64,000 nt of DNA, from assembly GCA_019057795.1 (NCBI GenBank), contig JAHLWS010000078.1:32001-96000 (forward strand), in the 5' to 3' direction. Of this stretch, positions 53,266 to 62,715 are shown piece after piece (position 1 is the stretch's first letter; the number at the start of each line of letters is the position of its first letter). A program made the translations under genes and the position numbers. The notes under the pieces are model-generated. The model had not been told where the DNA came from. It saw only the letters and a list, made by a program, of their open reading frames with translations, and ran no database searches. Source of the DNA: Promethearchaeota archaeon. GTDB lineage: Archaea > Asgardarchaeota > Lokiarchaeia > Sigyniarchaeales > SOKP01.

Positions 53266-53463
53266 GAATATGTCCAAAAATAAGAATTTCCTAAAACAGA
53301 TGGATAATAGATAATGATTTTGTCGCAATTTTGATTGAAAGGTAAATTCAGAGTCTGATTTCGAAGGAAATTTAGTGAAAATTCTATAAAAGAAAAGATA
53401 TTATCTAAATACAAATCGAATTCTAAAGAAATATAATCAAAAGGTAATTCCATATAATTACTA

Positions 53464-54285
53464 TTATTTTTTTGTCTTAAGTAGCAGTTCATTATGACTT
53501 TTATATAAGTCAAGCAATTTTATTGAATTTGACAAAATTCCTAATGAATCTGCAACATTAGGGAAAAAAAGCAATTCATGTGTTAATAAATTTCTCGCTA
53601 ATTTAATATATGAGAGAAAATTGCTCTGATATTTTTTTTCATTTTTCTCAATTATACCTTTATTAATACAATCTATTGAAATTAATTCTATGTAGCTTTT
53701 TTTGCTTTTCTTATTCTCATTCTCTTCAATTAGCTCTTTATCAATCTTAAATTGATCTAATGTATATGATATTACACGACTTGCAAACAGTACAGAACAT
53801 AAAATATTTCCTTTTTCAAACATTTCTATTGATATCTCTATGTTTTTTATAATACCTAAGTCCGGTATTTGTAAATCTTCTAATTGCTCTCTTAATGAAC
53901 TTAAATCGTTTTTAATTTGAGGTGTAACTTCTTTTGGTTTTTCTTCTTCTAATAATCCTAGAATCTTTTCACATTCAGCAATTAATGGTATTAATTGCCC
54001 ATAATTGAACTTTCTCTCACTATAAGAATCGATAAATGAAATTTCTTTAATGAATTCAAAATGATTTTTGTCTAAAATATATCTTAGGAACTTTAAATTC
54101 TCATTAAAGGATTTAATTATCCCACATGATACCTCAGATGTAACTGCTAGATAAGCATCTTCAAAACTACGCTTAGATTTATTTGCCGAGTTAAGAACTG
54201 CAAAAGTATTTTTTTTTATGGAACTATATAATGCTTTTAAAGCCTTTTTGCTTTTGAGTTCTTTCTTATTCTCATTATCAGTCAT
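53464..54285 (-). CDS. Protein with C-terminal HEPN-like domain
   Basis: SVLFASRVI and ARNLLTHE. Confidence 0.6.
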   Translation of the reverse strand: MTDNENKKELKSKKALKALYSSIKKNTFAVLNSANKSKRSFEDAYLAVTSEVSCGIIKSFNENLKFLRYILDKNHFEFIKEISFIDSYSERKFNYGQLIPLIAECEKILGLLEEEKPKEVTPQIKNDLSSLREQLEDLQIPDLGIIKNIEISIEMFEKGNILCSVLFASRVISYTLDQFKIDKELIEENENKKSKKSYIELISIDCINKGIIEKNEKKYQSNFLSYIKLARNLLTHELLFFPNVADSLGILSNSIKLLDLYKSHNELLLKTKK

Positions 54286-54428
54286 AAATAAAACCCCATT
54301 TTCTTTAGTCTATTAGATTCTCTTACTTTTAGTTTCACAATTTATTATGATTAAACTTTTGTCTTTTATTTTATTTAATTACAAATATTATTTAGCTACA
54401 ATAGACATATATATTTTTCCCATTTTCT

Positions 54429-54462
54429 TTCCTGCTGTGGTGCCCCCTCCTAAAAAAGCATG
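54429..54462 (+). repeat. C-rich array repeat, copy 13 (5' part deleted)
   Basis: ttcctgctgtggtgccccctcctaaaaaagcatg. Confidence 0.85.
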
Positions 54463-54799
54463 TGTAGAAAGACCTCAAAAAAGCAAGATCTTCTAATTAC
54501 TACTTATACTTTCTTCTCCCTCTACTACTGAGCTAATAATTTCAGTTGAAATTAAAGTGAAAAAGTGATTCTTATCAGTAAGACCTTAAATCAAGGCTAA
54601 AGATTCAATAAAGGGGTTATATAATTATATTCTACCACTTATATTAAAAAAAGTATTACTAGAAGGAATTTGTGTTTTTACATATGTATTGATTAAAAAA
54701 TCTTCTCTTCTTAATTTACTTAGATCCATGTTGTTATATTATCTAGATTTAAAAGATTTAATAATTCAATATGATTGATATATTAAATAAGGTTTTTTT

Positions 54800-55954
54800 A
54801 TGGAATTAAATTATAAGATAATTGAAATTACAACCGAAGCAGCACTCAAAGATGCTTTATTTACACTTAGTGGAAAAGATAAATATTTCTTATATAGAGG
54901 TCAAAGTAATAATAATTGGTCGCTCCAGACCTCCTTAGAGAGAAAATTGGAAAATCTTAATAAAACCGAAATGGATATCGGAAAATATGAAAAGCTGGTT
55001 GTTGAAGAGTGTCAAAATAAGGATTCAAACTCATCTCCAATAGAAATAATTTCTAAAATACAACATTATGGGGGTGCTACTAGACTAATTGATTTTACAC
55101 ATCATTTTCCTGTAGCTGTGTTTTTTGCTTTTTGTGACTTTCCTTCACAAAATGTATCAATATGGGCAATATCAAGAAGAGATATACCATATATTAGTTA
55201 TAAACAATTAGAATATAATAAGGGAGATTTAGATTTATTTGAAATTGATTTTCAAAGAAGAGATCAAGAGGAAAAAGTCTGGGATTTTTATATTGATGAA
55301 TTTGTTTTTAGCAGTTTTACTAATATTAGGGATTTTATTAATAGTAAGATGGAAGATTACCCTGAGGAGTTGAAAAAATTTAAAATAGGATCCCTGGATT
55401 TATTAGCAAGTAAAGAAGATGAATTTAATTGGCAGTATCAAATGGAGCATGGAATTGAAAGTTGGGTAGTTAGATTAAATGAATTGAGTCCTAGAGACAA
55501 ATTTGTTCAAGAATCTTTAAAACAATATTGCAAAGACTTGGATAATGAACGATTATACAATCAAAGTGGATTATTTCTATTTGCTCCTAATAACAATTAT
55601 AGTTTTGAAAAAAACCTTTTTTTAGGAAAAACATGGAAAGAGCTTGAATCTAATATAATTAAAATAAAAAATCCAGATTTTAGTTAACTAGATGGCATTT
55701 GTTCTGATGTGTATAATTCATTTAGAGGTGTTATTAAATTTAATATCAGTCATTCTTTAACAAAATTTATTTTAAAGAATTTAAAAGAGGGAAAATATGA
55801 AATTTTACTACCCGATTTTTGGACTGGTGGGAATGAGAGAAAAAATAAAGAGATTGAAAATGTCAATTGGGATGGGTCTTCTATTTCCTTTCTGACATTA
55901 TTTCCAGATAAAATTGGATTTCATAAGGACTTAACTCATAAATTAATTGAATAG
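54800..55954 (+). pseudogene. FRG domain protein interrupted by one in-frame TAA (55685-55687)
   Basis: LYRGQ, QHYGGATRLIDFT, NERLYNQSGLF; the frame continues in phase to TLFPDKIGF. Confidence 0.75.
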
Positions 55955-56033
55955 TATTAAAATGTTAAAACATGCGATTAATCAACATTTTTGGTTTTTT
56001 AAATTTGTAGTTTTTGGAGCAAAATTAAATAAA

Positions 56034-56273
56034 TTAAAAAATATTGACCCATATATCTTTAGGATCTTTTATTACTTTCTGTTCTTCATCTAAAATCCCT
56101 TCAAGCCGTAATTTTTGATTAATATCCAAGTTTACTTGTAGTTTGCTTACAGAACCTACACTAGGGATGCAGATTTTATAAATTTCTTCTTGTATTTTTA
56201 ATTGAATTTCTACATTAAATCCCCTGTCATAGGATGCGTTTTGGATAATTCCTTCAATTTTTATTCTTTTCAA
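56034..56273 (-). CDS. Small beta-rich (OB-fold-like) hypothetical protein
   Basis: IKIEGII...QKLRLEG pattern. Confidence 0.45.
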   Translation of the reverse strand: MKRIKIEGIIQNASYDRGFNVEIQLKIQEEIYKICIPSVGSVSKLQVNLDINQKLRLEGILDEEQKVIKDPKDIWVNIF

Positions 56274-56468
56274 AGCATTTCCACATTTTTTTTATTTTTT
56301 GACATTTCAAGAAATAAAAATTATCTGATTTAAATATATCTGATAGATTCCACACCCCATAATTATTTTAAATTGTGATTATTATTGCTACTTCGCAACT
56401 ATTAATTCCTTAGTAGATTATATATATTTTTTTTCATTCATATAAAAGTAAAATATTTAAAATGGAAA

Positions 56469-57344
56469 ATGAGCAAAAATTACCAAATACTTCGGAATGT
56501 ACTCTTTAAATGCATTAAATGTCACAAAACTCTGAATTGTGAAGACATTTATACATTTTTAGAAGATAATATTAGTCAGATTAGAAAAGAATATGAAGAA
56601 AACATTAGATATATGATTCTTGAAGATCAGTATGTCGAAGATCCCTATGAATGCCCCATTTATGGTAGAAAGGAATTTAAATGTCCGCAATGTGGTAAAG
56701 AACTTAAAATTAAAATTGTTTTTTCTGCTTATGACAAGGAAATTTGCTCATTTTATGATATTAAGGGAGTTATACCTTTCTTTCCATTTCAAGTTTTAAT
56801 GGGGGCAAATATTAAGGAATTAATTTTAGAATTAATATTTCGCTGGATTCATATCGCGAAGAGAATTGATATAGTAACTCCTTATCTTGATCGATATGGA
56901 TATAATTTTTTAAGAAAACTACCAAGTTTTATTTATTATTATGATGATAAATCATTCATAAATATAATTACTAGAAAAGGTAAGAGAGCAACAAAAACCA
57001 AAAATGGTAAAATCATTTATGGAGAGACCGGAAAGGTGTTATTAGATAGATTATTTAAAGAAGAAGATTGTAAAACTTGCAGAGCTAATAACCCAATTAT
57101 CTCGTATGGTGATTGTATTGGGTGTATTAAATTAAGTAATCATTTAAAGTTAAAAATACCTAATATATCTCGCTCTCATTTTCACGCAAAATGGTATGCA
57201 GGTATTATAGGTAATACAGTTGAAATAATTATTACATCTCATAATTTAACTAAAATAGGTAAACTTCAACCAGAAACAGTTGGTTTATTGATTATCGATA
57301 CCATTGATTATGAAAAAAAATTCCTTTCAAAACTAAAGATTTAA
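56469..57344 (+). CDS. Zinc-ribbon plus PLD-like nuclease domain protein
   Basis: Four CxxC pairs, IVTPYLD, FHAKWY, TSHNLT. Confidence 0.7.
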   Translation: MSKNYQILRNVLFKCIKCHKTLNCEDIYTFLEDNISQIRKEYEENIRYMILEDQYVEDPYECPIYGRKEFKCPQCGKELKIKIVFSAYDKEICSFYDIKGVIPFFPFQVLMGANIKELILELIFRWIHIAKRIDIVTPYLDRYGYNFLRKLPSFIYYYDDKSFINIITRKGKRATKTKNGKIIYGETGKVLLDRLFKEEDCKTCRANNPIISYGDCIGCIKLSNHLKLKIPNISRSHFHAKWYAGIIGNTVEIIITSHNLTKIGKLQPETVGLLIIDTIDYEKKFLSKLKI

Positions 57345-57476
57345 TAACAATTTCGCCTATTAGAAATGTACGTTTGTCACCACCTTTTCTATGTTAGCAT
57401 AAAATGCTCCAAAGTATAAGTTGTAGATGGTAAGATAAAAAGCAAGCACTTGTTTAGTGTTTATATTATGTGAAAA

Positions 57477-57731
57477 TTAATAACTTGTTTTATCTTTTTG
57501 GCTTCTAATTATCAGAGCAAAAGAGTCAACAATAATATCCTTTAAATCATCACTTATAGGAAGAAGTAATAAATTCTGATATTTATCACAAAGGCTATTA
57601 AAGATTTCTTTTGTACTTTTAAGCTCAGCTTTTTTAATAGCTTCTCCATATCTTAATTTTATTTGTTTTTTTGTTTCCTTATTGAGGTCTTCTTCAAATC
57701 GATGCATTAAATTCTCAAAAAAATTAGACAT
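57477..57731 (-). CDS. Small hypothetical protein
   Basis: 84-aa helical ORF. Confidence 0.5.
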   Translation of the reverse strand: MSNFFENLMHRFEEDLNKETKKQIKLRYGEAIKKAELKSTKEIFNSLCDKYQNLLLLPISDDLKDIIVDSFALIIRSQKDKTSY

Positions 57732-57860
57732 TAATTATTCACTCTTAGAACAGCAAAAAAACTTATCATTTTAATTTTATAATAAAACTATTTTGATAAT
57801 AAAAAACCCTTATAGACAATGAATTTATTAATTTTTTCTATTTTTTTTCTCCCTATTATT

Positions 57861-57900
57861 ATCTCCCTCCCCCGTGGCGCCCCCTCCTAAAAAAGTAGGT
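57861..57900 (+). repeat. C-rich array repeat, copy 14
   Basis: atctccctcccccgtggcgccccctcctaaaaaagtaggt. Confidence 0.95.
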
Positions 57901-57989
57901 ATAGAATGATTTTAAATAACTCAAAAATAAGACAAATTTAAATTATCTTAATCCAAATTCTTTATATAAGTAAACATGAGGATGATTAT

Positions 57990-58913
57990 ATGATATCAAA
58001 GAAGAATAGCATTTGGAAATATATTTATGAAATGTTTAATAAAAGTGTTAGTGAATTAAATTCTCTTTATAATCATCCAGGTATAAAAGGACGAGAAAAT
58101 GAGGATGTTCTCATCAAGTTCCTGAAATCATTTTTACCAAGAAAATATGAGTTAACACAAAGCAAAGTTTTACTTGATAGAAATGGAAAAGAATCAACTG
58201 AGAAGGATATAATTATTTGGAACTCAGCTGAATACCCTCGTATCTTTTCAGAAACAGAATATTTCCTTATTGAAAGTGTTTCAATGTGTATAGAAGTAAA
58301 AACAACTTTAAGGAATGAAAATCTAAAAGAAACCCTTTTAAAAATCAGAGATTTAAGAAGAATGAATTATTTTAAAAGGTTGGATGGTGATCCACGATGG
58401 CAAGTACACCCCCCGCTTAATTTCATTTTCACTTATGATACAATCTGGAAGAAGTTTGGTTCAATTTTAAATTATATTACTAAGATTGTAAAAGAGAATG
58501 ATATAAAACCTAGTGAACGCTTTGATTATCTCTATATTATGCGGAAGGGAATATCATTTAACTGGGATCTCCCAGATTCCCCAACAACAAGAGGTATAGT
58601 AGATTTTTCAAAAAAATATGGGGGGAAAATACCATATAATCCTCGATGGCCTCAATTTTTTCCATCAAAACTTATAAAAGACTGCCCTATAATTTTATAT
58701 GAAAACCAAATGTGGCAAAAAGAGGGATTTAGAGAAGGATTCTTTAATGATTTAACAATAGAAAACCAAATTAAAGGTATAATTAGTTTTCTATCAAAAC
58801 TTTGTCAGTCCCTTGAAGATCAACGACTCTTCCATTCGCATAGTCTTGTTGTTTTTAGTATCCCTAATATGAAAACATCAAAGGGAGGAAGGTGTTCTGC
58901 TGAACCTTTTTAA
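57990..58913 (+). CDS. DUF6602/NucC-like restriction-fold endonuclease
   Basis: HPGIKGRENE, FLPRKY, DIIIW, IEVKTTL; sole gene between copies 14 and 15. Confidence 0.75.
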   Translation: MISKKNSIWKYIYEMFNKSVSELNSLYNHPGIKGRENEDVLIKFLKSFLPRKYELTQSKVLLDRNGKESTEKDIIIWNSAEYPRIFSETEYFLIESVSMCIEVKTTLRNENLKETLLKIRDLRRMNYFKRLDGDPRWQVHPPLNFIFTYDTIWKKFGSILNYITKIVKENDIKPSERFDYLYIMRKGISFNWDLPDSPTTRGIVDFSKKYGGKIPYNPRWPQFFPSKLIKDCPIILYENQMWQKEGFREGFFNDLTIENQIKGIISFLSKLCQSLEDQRLFHSHSLVVFSIPNMKTSKGGRCSAEPF

Positions 58914-58934
58914 ATCTTTTTTTCTCTCTTTATC

Positions 58935-58974
58935 ATCTCCCTCCCCCGTGGTGCCCCCTCCTAATTAGTAGGAG
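58935..58974 (+). repeat. C-rich array repeat, copy 15 (cctaatta variant)
   Basis: atctccctcccccgtggtgccccctcctaattagtaggag. Confidence 0.95.
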
Positions 58975-59070
58975 AAAATTAAATCAAAATTTATTTTATA
59001 TAAAATGGAAAACCTGTTAATAAGATAAGTGATCATCTGAATAATAAGCCTATTATGAATATTGATTATC

Positions 59071-59216
59071 TTACATAACATTTTGGGAGAGTTTAATCTT
59101 GCAATATATTCTTTTAATCCTATTTTAATAAAAAATATTTATAAGCATTACTTTTTTGTTAAATTAAAAGCATAATTATAGATCCTTAGATCTGAAAACT
59201 TAATTAAAATAAAAAT
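59071..59216 (+). repeat. 146-bp duplicated leader/promoter block, copy 2
   Basis: Near-identical to 48200-48345. Confidence 0.9.
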
Positions 59217-59224
59217 TAAATAAG

Positions 59225-61819
59225 ATGTCTGAATTTAATCCATTTCCTAAAAATAATACTTTAAATGAGATAGAAGAATTAAAAAAAAGATTCTTAGAAA
59301 TAAAAGAATCTCTTAATTCTATTACTAATTTAGAAGAAAAATATAAAAAGATATGGGAATTAAAAGATATTTCTCGAAAAATTAAGCTTAAATATTCATT
59401 TCTCAACAATTTAAAGCAAGCTAATTATAAAGAGCAATATAATAATTGGCTTCGGGAAGAAATTTTTTATTTTGAAACTTGTCTTAAAATGCAACTTAAT
59501 CATCTAGGTGTTCTTAGAATTGATTATAGACTTTTTCTCGACTGTGCAACATTAGAATATGAATACTTTATTGTTCTAGAAAAGGAATGTTCCCAAGAAT
59601 TTCTTGGTTTTACTTTGGATTCTATAAATTTACATTTATCACCTCATTTGACCTTGATACATCAAAACCTAAATAATTCAATACTTTATATTTTAGGTGA
59701 AATCCCAAGGTTAAAAGAAGGAGATAATTATACATTTTTCATTGAATATGAAATTCTTGGTAATCTCTATCTCCAACTCTTTAATTTTTTATCAAAATTT
59801 TATTCAGTATCATCTGGTTATACGGACATTGTTTTAAGATTGAGTTATCATTATTATTTACAGTCTATCCATTATCTAGACATACTAAATCGACAAAACC
59901 CTCAAACCCATCATATGGGCGTAAATGGAAGTAGAATTAACTTTTTCCCTTTATACTATGAATTTTTTCAAGAAGAAGGGATTTCAAGAAATAATGTGAG
60001 AGAAAAGGTAAATTATATGTTAAAAAAGTTTAATATCTTGGTTGAAAATAATGTTCTTGACAGTTTAGAAAGAGATTTAGAGGATTCTAATAAATATTTT
60101 GACAATAAAAATTATGAAGAAGCACTTCAAGGATATAACAATATTTTAAAATTAAAACCATTAGACTTTTCTGTATGGCTTAAGAAATGTACCACTTTAT
60201 TTAAATTAAAAAGAGATGATGATGCAGAAAAGTGTGTAAAGTATTTATTACAGACTGATCCAATAGATTGGGAATTGTTAAAGAAAGCTCTAAATCTTCT
60301 AATAAAATATGAAAGAAAAAACCTTGCACTCAAATATATTGAAATACATGGTAAAAAAGATTCAGAAGAAAATGAATATCTAAAGAGTTTAGGAAGGATT
60401 TATTTTAATTTAGATAGATATGAAAAAGCAGAAGAAATCTATGAAAAAGCCCTCAATATTTCTAATACAGACTTAGATGTTATAATTGCACTATCTCAAT
60501 GTAAAATCATTGGTGGTGAATTCGATTTAGCAATGGAACTAATTAAAAAAGGTAAAAGTTTCAAACCAGATGATCCAAAAATAAATGAATTATCATCTGA
60601 ATTAGAAAAAATAAAAAAAGCTCGAAAAATCATTAAAGATTTAAAGAGATTTTATGATGAGATTCAATTTGATATTATTTTGGAAAAAACTGATATAGAC
60701 CAATCTTTATTAATTAGAATTCTTGAATCGATGATTAAAAAACAAGAAATTAACGCTAAGATTAGAAGTAATTCACTAATTTTTATTGCAGAAACAAAAG
60801 TGGAAAAGCCAAAACAAATACAATCTAAAGGAATCTTTATAGGTCGGGGTGGTTATTGGGAAGTAAATCAATTTCATTTTAAAATTAAATTAAAGAATAA
60901 CAGTAGTAATGTTATTACAAATATTCGAATTATTTTAGACAAATTTCCCGAGATGTTAAAATTAGAAGGTCAAGAGTTAATGAGAATCTCTCATTTAGAA
61001 CCAGAAGGGGGATTATGGACACCTGAGTTTAAATTATATGCTGGTGATGATTGTGTTTCAGGAAAAATTCATGCAAGTATTAAATTCTTCGATTCATCAG
61101 GTAAAAGTATTGATTATGAAGTAGAACCCCTTGAAATCTCTTATATTTGCCCCCTCCTTGAAGCCAAAAATCTTAATGAAATTAATTACTTAAGACGGAC
61201 GAAAAAGATGAATAAATTAGAAAAAGAAATACAACTTAATGTAGATTATGATCCCTCAAAACTTTTAGAAGAGATTACAAATAAAATGGAGAAAATGAAT
61301 CTTGCAATTATAAAACACGATGAAAATATTAATAGTTTATATGGTTATGCAGAAGATAAGATTAATCATGATGGACTCGCATTGGAAACGGAAATTAAGA
61401 GCTTAATTGATGGACAAACGAAAATAATCATAAAAGCGATTTGTGAAAAAGAAAATAAATGTGCTTCATTATTACATAAAGCAGTAGGAGAAATCACCGA
61501 GCTTGAGTTATCTTTAGAAAAGTCAATGATTATAGATAAACTAAATATGTTTATTGATAAACCTAATGACCTAAATAAATATATTAAGAAAATTTTGAAA
61601 GCAAATTGGTCTGATGATAAAAAAGATCTATGGGCAAAAACGGTTCAAGAGATACTTGAAGATTGGAAAACTTTTAAACCAAAAAAATGGGTTAAAATTG
61701 GCAAAGCTATCTTAAAATTTACGATCTCTACAATTGCAAGTGAAAAATTGGGGGATTTAATAACCTTTGGTTTTGAAAGATTATTTGAATGGATAACAAT
61801 AAATCTCGGAGAAGCTTGA
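59225..61819 (+). CDS. TPR protein with PCI/wHTH-like and Ig/adaptin-ear-like C-terminal domains
   Basis: TPRs (YEEALQGY, LGRIYFNLDRYEKAEEIYEKAL), ILESMIKKQEINAKI, FKIKLKNNSSNVITNIRI. Confidence 0.7.
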   Translation: MSEFNPFPKNNTLNEIEELKKRFLEIKESLNSITNLEEKYKKIWELKDISRKIKLKYSFLNNLKQANYKEQYNNWLREEIFYFETCLKMQLNHLGVLRIDYRLFLDCATLEYEYFIVLEKECSQEFLGFTLDSINLHLSPHLTLIHQNLNNSILYILGEIPRLKEGDNYTFFIEYEILGNLYLQLFNFLSKFYSVSSGYTDIVLRLSYHYYLQSIHYLDILNRQNPQTHHMGVNGSRINFFPLYYEFFQEEGISRNNVREKVNYMLKKFNILVENNVLDSLERDLEDSNKYFDNKNYEEALQGYNNILKLKPLDFSVWLKKCTTLFKLKRDDDAEKCVKYLLQTDPIDWELLKKALNLLIKYERKNLALKYIEIHGKKDSEENEYLKSLGRIYFNLDRYEKAEEIYEKALNISNTDLDVIIALSQCKIIGGEFDLAMELIKKGKSFKPDDPKINELSSELEKIKKARKIIKDLKRFYDEIQFDIILEKTDIDQSLLIRILESMIKKQEINAKIRSNSLIFIAETKVEKPKQIQSKGIFIGRGGYWEVNQFHFKIKLKNNSSNVITNIRIILDKFPEMLKLEGQELMRISHLEPEGGLWTPEFKLYAGDDCVSGKIHASIKFFDSSGKSIDYEVEPLEISYICPLLEAKNLNEINYLRRTKKMNKLEKEIQLNVDYDPSKLLEEITNKMEKMNLAIIKHDENINSLYGYAEDKINHDGLALETEIKSLIDGQTKIIIKAICEKENKCASLLHKAVGEITELELSLEKSMIIDKLNMFIDKPNDLNKYIKKILKANWSDDKKDLWAKTVQEILEDWKTFKPKKWVKIGKAILKFTISTIASEKLGDLITFGFERLFEWITINLGEA

Positions 61820-61975
61820 AAAAAATAAATATAAATTAGTTTTTTTGATTCATTATTTACGTTCTATAGAGGAAAGATATAGGAGAGTGCTCTTACATAG
61901 ATATTAGCGATGATAATTCTTCCAAATAATTGTCTTATGAATTTCGGATGATTGATTTTATATATATAAATATAG

Positions 61976-62551
61976 TTATTTGAATTTTTCAATTGCTTCA
62001 AATATCAATTCTTCCATATATTTCACACATGATTCACATATAGTTATCGGATCTTTTTTTTCCAATGATTTACCCTTATGTTGAGATGGTGGATTTTTAA
62101 TAGAAATATTAGTTAAAAATTTGCCGCCTTTGTTTATTGGAATTCGTCTCTCTTTAGGTGTTCCTTTGTTTATGGTCCAATAAATACCATCTTTATGAAT
62201 ACCAATCGTAGCATCTGGTGTAGGTTTAGGGTTTACATTTGATGTTGAGAAATGGTCAATATAAACACTAGTTCCTAAAACATTTTTTCCCTCATGGAAA
62301 TCCATAGTACGTGCTTCATGAATAAATCTAAGTAATTCATCTTTTCTCATCTCATCTTGTTTTTCCTTATACCATTCTTCAAAACCATTTATTTTTTTTC
62401 CTTCTTTTTGTAATGCATATGTAATTGCTCTTGAAGGACTTAGAAATGAATTATATAAAGCTTTAAAATTCATTGCATCTTTTGTTGATTTTAATTGATT
62501 TAAGATATTACGAGAGTCTTCTAATTTTGAATTTGTATTTCCAAATACCAA
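61976..62551 (-). CDS. Putative HEPN-like protein
   Basis: NSFLSPSRAITYALQKE and ARTMDFHEG. Confidence 0.55.
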   Translation of the reverse strand: MVFGNTNSKLEDSRNILNQLKSTKDAMNFKALYNSFLSPSRAITYALQKEGKKINGFEEWYKEKQDEMRKDELLRFIHEARTMDFHEGKNVLGTSVYIDHFSTSNVNPKPTPDATIGIHKDGIYWTINKGTPKERRIPINKGGKFLTNISIKNPPSQHKGKSLEKKDPITICESCVKYMEELIFEAIEKFK

Positions 62552-62715
62552 TTTAATAATCCTCTTTAAAATTCTATCTTTATATAAAGGATACGGAATA
62601 GGGATATTTAATTTTGACTGAAATGTCTTTTTTTTTATCCTAATTTTTATGTGGAAGTTGATAAATTGAAAGAAAAATTCATGAAAGTATCAGAAAAAAT
62701 AAAGAGAATTAAAGT

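Noticed and set aside
26929-58974. C-rich repeats as a CRISPR array
   Set aside because: Spacing is 0.27-4.4 kb and contains whole genes; copies are degenerate; no cas genes
26929-58974. C-rich repeats as canonical integron attC sites
   Set aside because: No RYYYAAC/GTTRRRY ends, no long palindrome, cargo in both orientations, no IntI in the window
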